Shown here: positions 58,058 to 64,000 of the stretch, one piece after another
Numbering within the stretch: the stretch's first letter is position 1
Layout of the letters: every line of letters begins with the position of its first letter
NCBI GenBank assembly: GCA_965644295.1
Contig: CBFFRP010000108.1
Location: forward strand, 186,001-250,000
Reading direction: 5' to 3'
Length of the DNA stretch: 64,000 nt
Source of the DNA: Paraphysomonas bandaiensis
Lineage: Eukaryota > Protista > Chrysophyceae
The notes under the pieces: generated by a model
What the model saw: the letters and a program-made list of their open reading frames with translations, nothing else
The model's database searches: none
Told to the model about the DNA's origin: nothing
Translations under genes and position numbers: made by a program

Positions 58058-59111
58058 ATGATCGAGTTGAATAATCTCCAAGCTGTGGGTACAGTGAGTG
58101 TATTCATTGTATCTCTACTGGGATTCGCTGTTCCATTCTACCTCAGAAACACTCATAATAACACATCATCAGCTTATTCTATGTTAAAAACATTTGCTAG
58201 TGGAATAATGCTGGGTGTTGCACTCATGCATCTCCTTGTTGATGCATTGGAAAGCCTGGATGACGTAGTGGACTATCCATGTGAGTGTATATTGAGTCTT
58301 ATGTCTTCTCAGTGACGATTTCTCACACGTAGTGGCTCCAATGTGTACTGGTGTTGGAGTTATACTTACCCTGGGTGTGGACCAAGTCGCGCTATACTTA
58401 ATGAGCTTTCGTAAGGTCGAAGAATGTGAGACTGGAATATCAACACGAGATTCTCCGGAGGTTGAACACAGATACTGTCAACCGCGATCTCGTGGTATAG
58501 AATTGGCTGTAGTTCGATCTCCAACACATAAAGATGAGGAAGACTTTCCAAACGAAAATGATATTTTATGTCGTAGCGAATCGAGTGATACAATTGAGTC
58601 TAATATCTCCGTGGTCACACCGAGGCAAAAGTATGTTTTGAAGGCGTATATACTGGAGGTTGCTGTTGCGATTCACTCCATCATCATTGGGTTCGGATTT
58701 GGTGCCATTGACTCTAGCAGATTTGCAACTATTCGTGTTCTTATTGCTGCCTTTGTCTTTCACCAATTTTTTGAAGGAATTAGCCTTGGCACTGTGGTAC
58801 TAGACTCCTCTCTTTCACCTGCATTGTCCGCCAAGTTCGCACTTCTCTTCGCCCTCACTTTCCCAGCGGGCGTCGTGACTGCAATGATAGTGCAGAATTC
58901 CTCTGATCCGCAGAGTGTGTTCTCGATTACTGTACGGGGCGTTGCCAATGCGATCGCAGCGGGGATCCTTTTCCACTCTACGCTATCCGAGATGATACCA
59001 GATGATTTCTCAGAAAGGCTAGGTCGTAGGTCGGGCATCCAAGTTGCGGGTATGTACACTGCACTCGTGACAGGGTTCGGACTGATGGCGTTGCTCGCTA
59101 TATGGGCATAA
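58058..59111 (+). CDS. ZIP family (ZRT/IRT-like) metal transporter, 2 exons
   Basis: KTFASGIMLGVALMHLL, LEVAVAIHSIIIG, FHQFFEGISLG, AIAAGIL, MALLAIWA; intron 58281-58332. Confidence 0.93.
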
Positions 59112-59143
59112 GTGTGTAACTGGAATATGAATTCTTAGATTTT

Positions 59144-62100
59144 TGTGATACCAGCGTCTCTGACCCTGGCTCAACTAAACCAATAACGAGTCCAATATCT
59201 CTGACGCGCTGCTGATCAGCACTCGATATCGACTGTTGTTCTTCAATAATCATTGCTCTGATCCTTCTCAGAGCTAAATGAGACAGACTAGAGTCATGAA
59301 CCTCCATTTTAGGTTCTCCCTCCATGGTACTAATAGATAACTAACAATGAATATGACTACAACTACAATACTATCTACAAGCAACTTCCAGAGTACAGAA
59401 ATTGCATCTTATTATCAACAATCAATATATACATATGATTCCCAGGCCAGAGGAAGGCCTCCAGGAATGACCTTCATCCATATACATCACTAATAACTCA
59501 GCCTGATCACAACTGATTCATCATCAATGCATAAGGGAAGATACATTCAGTATTCTCATTGTAGTTGAAGCCTTGTATACGTACTTCCAAGTACAGTTCA
59601 ATAAACAATAAGTACCTAATGAAATACATAAGTACAACTGTATTACTGGATAATCTGGCAATACACGTCTATCAGCATGGATATCAAACCCGGAATTCTC
59701 CAGTAAACTTCTCCAGCCTTAAGCATTAATATATATATATAATAAGAACATATACATATAAATCATCAATCATAATATCTTCATCATTGAACTTCATTAT
59801 TGGTAATCCTGTCTTTCTTTGTCTTTTGAATAGATATATAAGTATCAATGATAAGCATAAATTGTCATATTCATAATATATCATATAGCTTAATGTGAGA
59901 TATGGTAATAATAATAATATTCAATCTATGTTTGCACAGATAGTATGTACAAAGTTAAGCATATACAATAGAGAGCTCATGTAGCATAAAATAACCAGAT
60001 ATGGCTGGTTATTACACTACCCCCTCCAGCAGTCGCATACGCCAGTATGCGGAACGAAGTTCACTGCGAACCTCTAGTATGTAGTTTCCTACTGATTGGA
60101 TAAATCCGGACTTCGTACTCGTCAAATTTAGCATCATAAAGCACATTACATTGCAGCTGTACACCTTCATATGGACCTTCAAATTTCGCCTGTAGAATGG
60201 CCTTAAATTTGGTATGGTTCTTCATTGTGTAGGGTACATCATAATCACTAATGTGAACGCGTGCAGCTGGTCTTCTATGTTTCCTGGTTGGTATTGTCTA
60301 TCGGTGTTGTAGACATCCTATCTTCCTGAAGTGGAATGTGTATGTGCCACATTCCCTGCATGAGGTGAGGGTATATATGACGACACTCCTTCATTCAGCA
60401 TTCTTGTTACTATGTTCTCTGGCTTGCAAGGGGTCCATATGTACTGGACTATCACCTGTCGCATCTCCATCAATTGAACATAAATCCTCCTGGGCCCTCA
60501 ATGGTTGGATTACATTCTAACCGATTACGAGAGGCTTGGGCTAACAAAAACCTCCACCGGGCTACTCGAATGTTCCACCAGTTCTGGAACAGTTGTGACT
60601 AAACTGTCGATATCCTGTTGAATTGCTCGCTCATCGAGATCGTTACCTCGGTCCACACGAGAATCAATTTCTGTAAAAAATGTGATACCAGCGTCTCTGA
60701 CCCTGGCTCAACTAAACCAATAACGAGTCCAATATCTCTGACGCGCTGCTGATCAGCACTCGATATCGACTGTTGTTCTTCAATAATCATTGCTCTGATC
60801 CTTCTCAGAGCTAAATGAGACAGACTAGAGTCATGAACCTCCATTTTAGGTTCTCCCTCCATGGTACTAATAGATAACTAACAATGAATATGACTACAAC
60901 TACAATACTATCTACAAGCAACTTCCAGAGTACAGAAATTGCATCTTATTATCAACAATCAATATATACATATGATTCCCAGGCCAGAGGAAGGCCTCCA
61001 GGAATGACCTTCATCCATATACATCACTAATAACTCAGCCTGATCACAACTGATTCATCATCAATGCATAAGGGAAGATACATTCAGTATTCTCATTGTA
61101 GTTGAAGCCTTGTATACGTACTTCCAAGTACAGTTCAATAAACAATAAGTACCTAATGAAATACATAAGTACAACTGTATTACTGGATAATCTGGCAATA
61201 CACGTCTATCAGCATGGATATCAAACCCGGAATTCTCCAGTAAACTTCTCCAGCCTTAAGCATTAATATATATATATAATAAGAACATATACATATAAAT
61301 CATCAATCATAATATCTTCATCATTGAACTTCATTATTGGTAATCCTGTCTTTCTTTGTCTTTTGAATAGATATATAAGTATCAATGATAAGCATAAATT
61401 GTCATATTCATAATATATCATATAGCTTAATGTGAGATATGGTAATAATAATAATATTCAATCTATGTTTGCACAGATAGTATGTACAAAGTTAAGCATA
61501 TACAATAGAGAGCTCATGTAGCATAAAATAACCAGATATGGCTGGTTATTACACTACCCCCTCCAGCAGTCGCATACGCCAGTATGCGGAACGAAGTTCA
61601 CTGCGAACCTCTAGTATGTAGTTTCCTACTGATTGGATAAATCCGGACTTCGTACTCGTCAAATTTAGCATCATAAAGCACATTACATTGCAGCTGTACA
61701 CCTTCATATGGACCTTCAAATTTCGCCTGTAGAATGGCCTTAAATTTGGTATGGTTCTTCATTGTGTAGGGTACATCATAATCACTAATGTGAACGCGTG
61801 CAGCTGGTCTTCTATGTTTCCTGGTTGGTATTGTCTATCGGTGTTGTAGACATCCTATCTTCCTGAAGTGGAATGTGTATGTGCCACATTCCCTGCATGA
61901 GGTGAGGGTATATATGACGACACTCCTTCATTCAGCATTCTTGTTACTATGTTCTCTGGCTTGCAAGGGGTCCATATGTACTGGACTATCACCTGTCGCA
62001 TCTCCATCAATTGAACATAAATCCTCCTGGGCCCTCAATGGTTGGATTACATTCTAACCGATTACGAGAGGCTTGGGCTAACAAAAACCTCCACCGGGCT

Positions 62101-63090
62101 ACTCGAATGTTCCACCAGTTCTGGAACAGTTGTGACTAAACTGTCGATATCCTGTTGAATTGCTCGCTCATCGAGATCGTTACCTCGGTCCACACGAGAA
62201 TCAATTTCTGTAAAAAATGTGATACCAGCGTCTCTGACCCTGGCTCAACTAAACCAATAACGAGTCCAATATCTCTGACGCGCTGCTGATCAGCACTCGA
62301 TATCGACTGTTGTTCTTCAATAATCATTGCTCTGATCCTTCTCAGAGCTAAATGAGACAGACTAGAGTCATGAACCTCCATTTTAGGTTCTCCCTCCATG
62401 GTACTAATAGATAACTAACAATGAATATGACTACAACTACAATACTATCTACAAGCAACTTCCAGAGTACAGAAATTGCATCTTATTATCAACAATCAAT
62501 ATATACATATGATTCCCAGGCCAGAGGAAGGCCTCCAGGAATGACCTTCATCCATATACATCACTAATAACTCAGCCTGATCACAACTGATTCATCATCA
62601 ATGCATAAGGGAAGATACATTCAGTATTCTCATTGTAGTTGAAGCCTTGTATACGTACTTCCAAGTACAGTTCAATAAACAATAAGTACCTAATGAAATA
62701 CATAAGTACAACTGTATTACTGGATAATCTGGCAATACACGTCTATCAGCATGGATATCAAACCCGGAATTCTCCAGTAAACTTCTCCAGCCTTAAGCAT
62801 TAATATATATATATAATAAGAACATATACATATAAATCATCAATCATAATATCTTCATCATTGAACTTCATTATTGGTAATCCTGTCTTTCTTTGTCTTT
62901 TGAATAGATATATAAGTATCAATGATAAGCATAAATTGTCATATTCATAATATATCATATAGCTTAATGTGAGATACGGTAATAATAATAATATTCAATC
63001 TATGTTTGCACAGATAGTATGTACAAAGTTAAGCATATACAATAGAGAGCTCATGTAGCATAAAATAACCAGATATGGCTGGTTATTACA
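59144..63090 (-). mobile_element. Tandem LTR-int-LTR-int-LTR non-autonomous Gypsy-derived retroelement (LTR 873 bp, internal 664 bp, period 1537 bp)
   Basis: LTRs at 59144-60016, 60681-61553 and 62218-63090 with TG...CA and inverted ends TGTGATACCAGC/GCTGGTTATTACA; minus-strand PPT GGAGGGGGTAG adjacent to the LTR (from 60017); TTTT flanks; internal KAILQAKFEGPYE (GPY/F-like). Confidence 0.9.
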
Positions 63091-64000
63091 TTTTGCTGTA
63101 GTTAAAACGATATTTTTCTTTGTCTTTTAAATATGTTGGTTATAAATAGCTATATGATTTAGTTAATATACGCTAGTCTTTTCTAGAGTTGTACAGATAC
63201 TATGTACAATTATATTCTGGAATAGTGATACTATTATTTATGAACCCAAAGGACATGGATTGAGATTTTTTTGCATTCCTATTACAAACTGAAAATAAAA
63301 TTAATCTTAATAAGAAAAGTGTAATCGTATGATTACACACTTACTGGAGAATTACAGGTAATATATTCAAGCTAGTAAATGTGTATTTTCAAATTAAACT
63401 GTTGTGCGCTACGTGCTTCTGGTATAGTCTTCAAATAATAAATAATTTGACCTCATCTATATATGTTTAGGACACTATACATCAACGTCAATAAGCGTAC
63501 TACATGTATAAATATACTTAATGTAACATCTCTAATAAACTGAGTATTAATATAACGATTAGCCTCAAATGTAGTTTGTTATAAATTACTAACGAATACC
63601 ACTACTTAAAGCCAGGGATCGTAGATATCATTATAGCGCACTGAAAATACAAAGCGGGTTATGATATTCAGTAATTTGTTACATTTTTGAAGGAAAAACT
63701 GGTTTATAGATGCTGTAGTTTTTTTTAATGCTGATCGAGGATGAAACGTGAATTGCAAGGACACAACAAAAGCACACTCAATAAATCCTCTGCATGAATG
63801 TCAACCTTTCTTACTCCAATTATTAAAGTAATTCTTCTAAAAACTATTTATTTTATTTAGTAGATCTGAAATTTATTTACACTATTCCAATAAAAAATCA
63901 AGTTTTCCCAGCATTACAATGTAAACTTGTCGCTTGTCGTTCAATTATTCAAACCATGTCTGATTTGTCAGCGTTTCGCCAGTTGTAGACCTTGAATAAA

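Overview
Gene-dense eukaryotic nuclear DNA with short GT-AG introns (mostly ~40-65 nt). The gene style suggests a flagellated protist, probably a stramenopile (inference only). I reconstructed about 16 host genes by hand: calmodulin-like, TLC-domain protein, VPS34, a lipase, ICMT/STE14 (only fragments in the ORF track), a ~4,000-aa Tudor-array/EF-hand/nephrocystin-1-domain protein, two thiolase-fold proteins, a CCaMK-like kinase, a small FCS zinc-finger ORF, a two-repeat voltage-gated channel, two ZIP transporters, COX19 (absent from the ORF track), a small membrane protein and RPLP2. Mobile DNA includes an intact young Copia with non-TG...CA ends and a duplicated 5' LTR, and a three-LTR tandem non-autonomous Gypsy derivative with a Tf1-like self-priming signature. 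There are also degraded Copia and PIF/Harbinger relics, several MITEs and a recurring GC-rich 60-bp-unit repeat family. The most interesting items are the NPHP1-domain protein with 30 near-identical Tudor-like repeats, the tRNA-independent tandem LTR element, and the two-domain channel with BacNav/CatSper-type filters. No rRNA, tRNA or CRISPR array was found. All homology calls come from motif recognition, not database searches.
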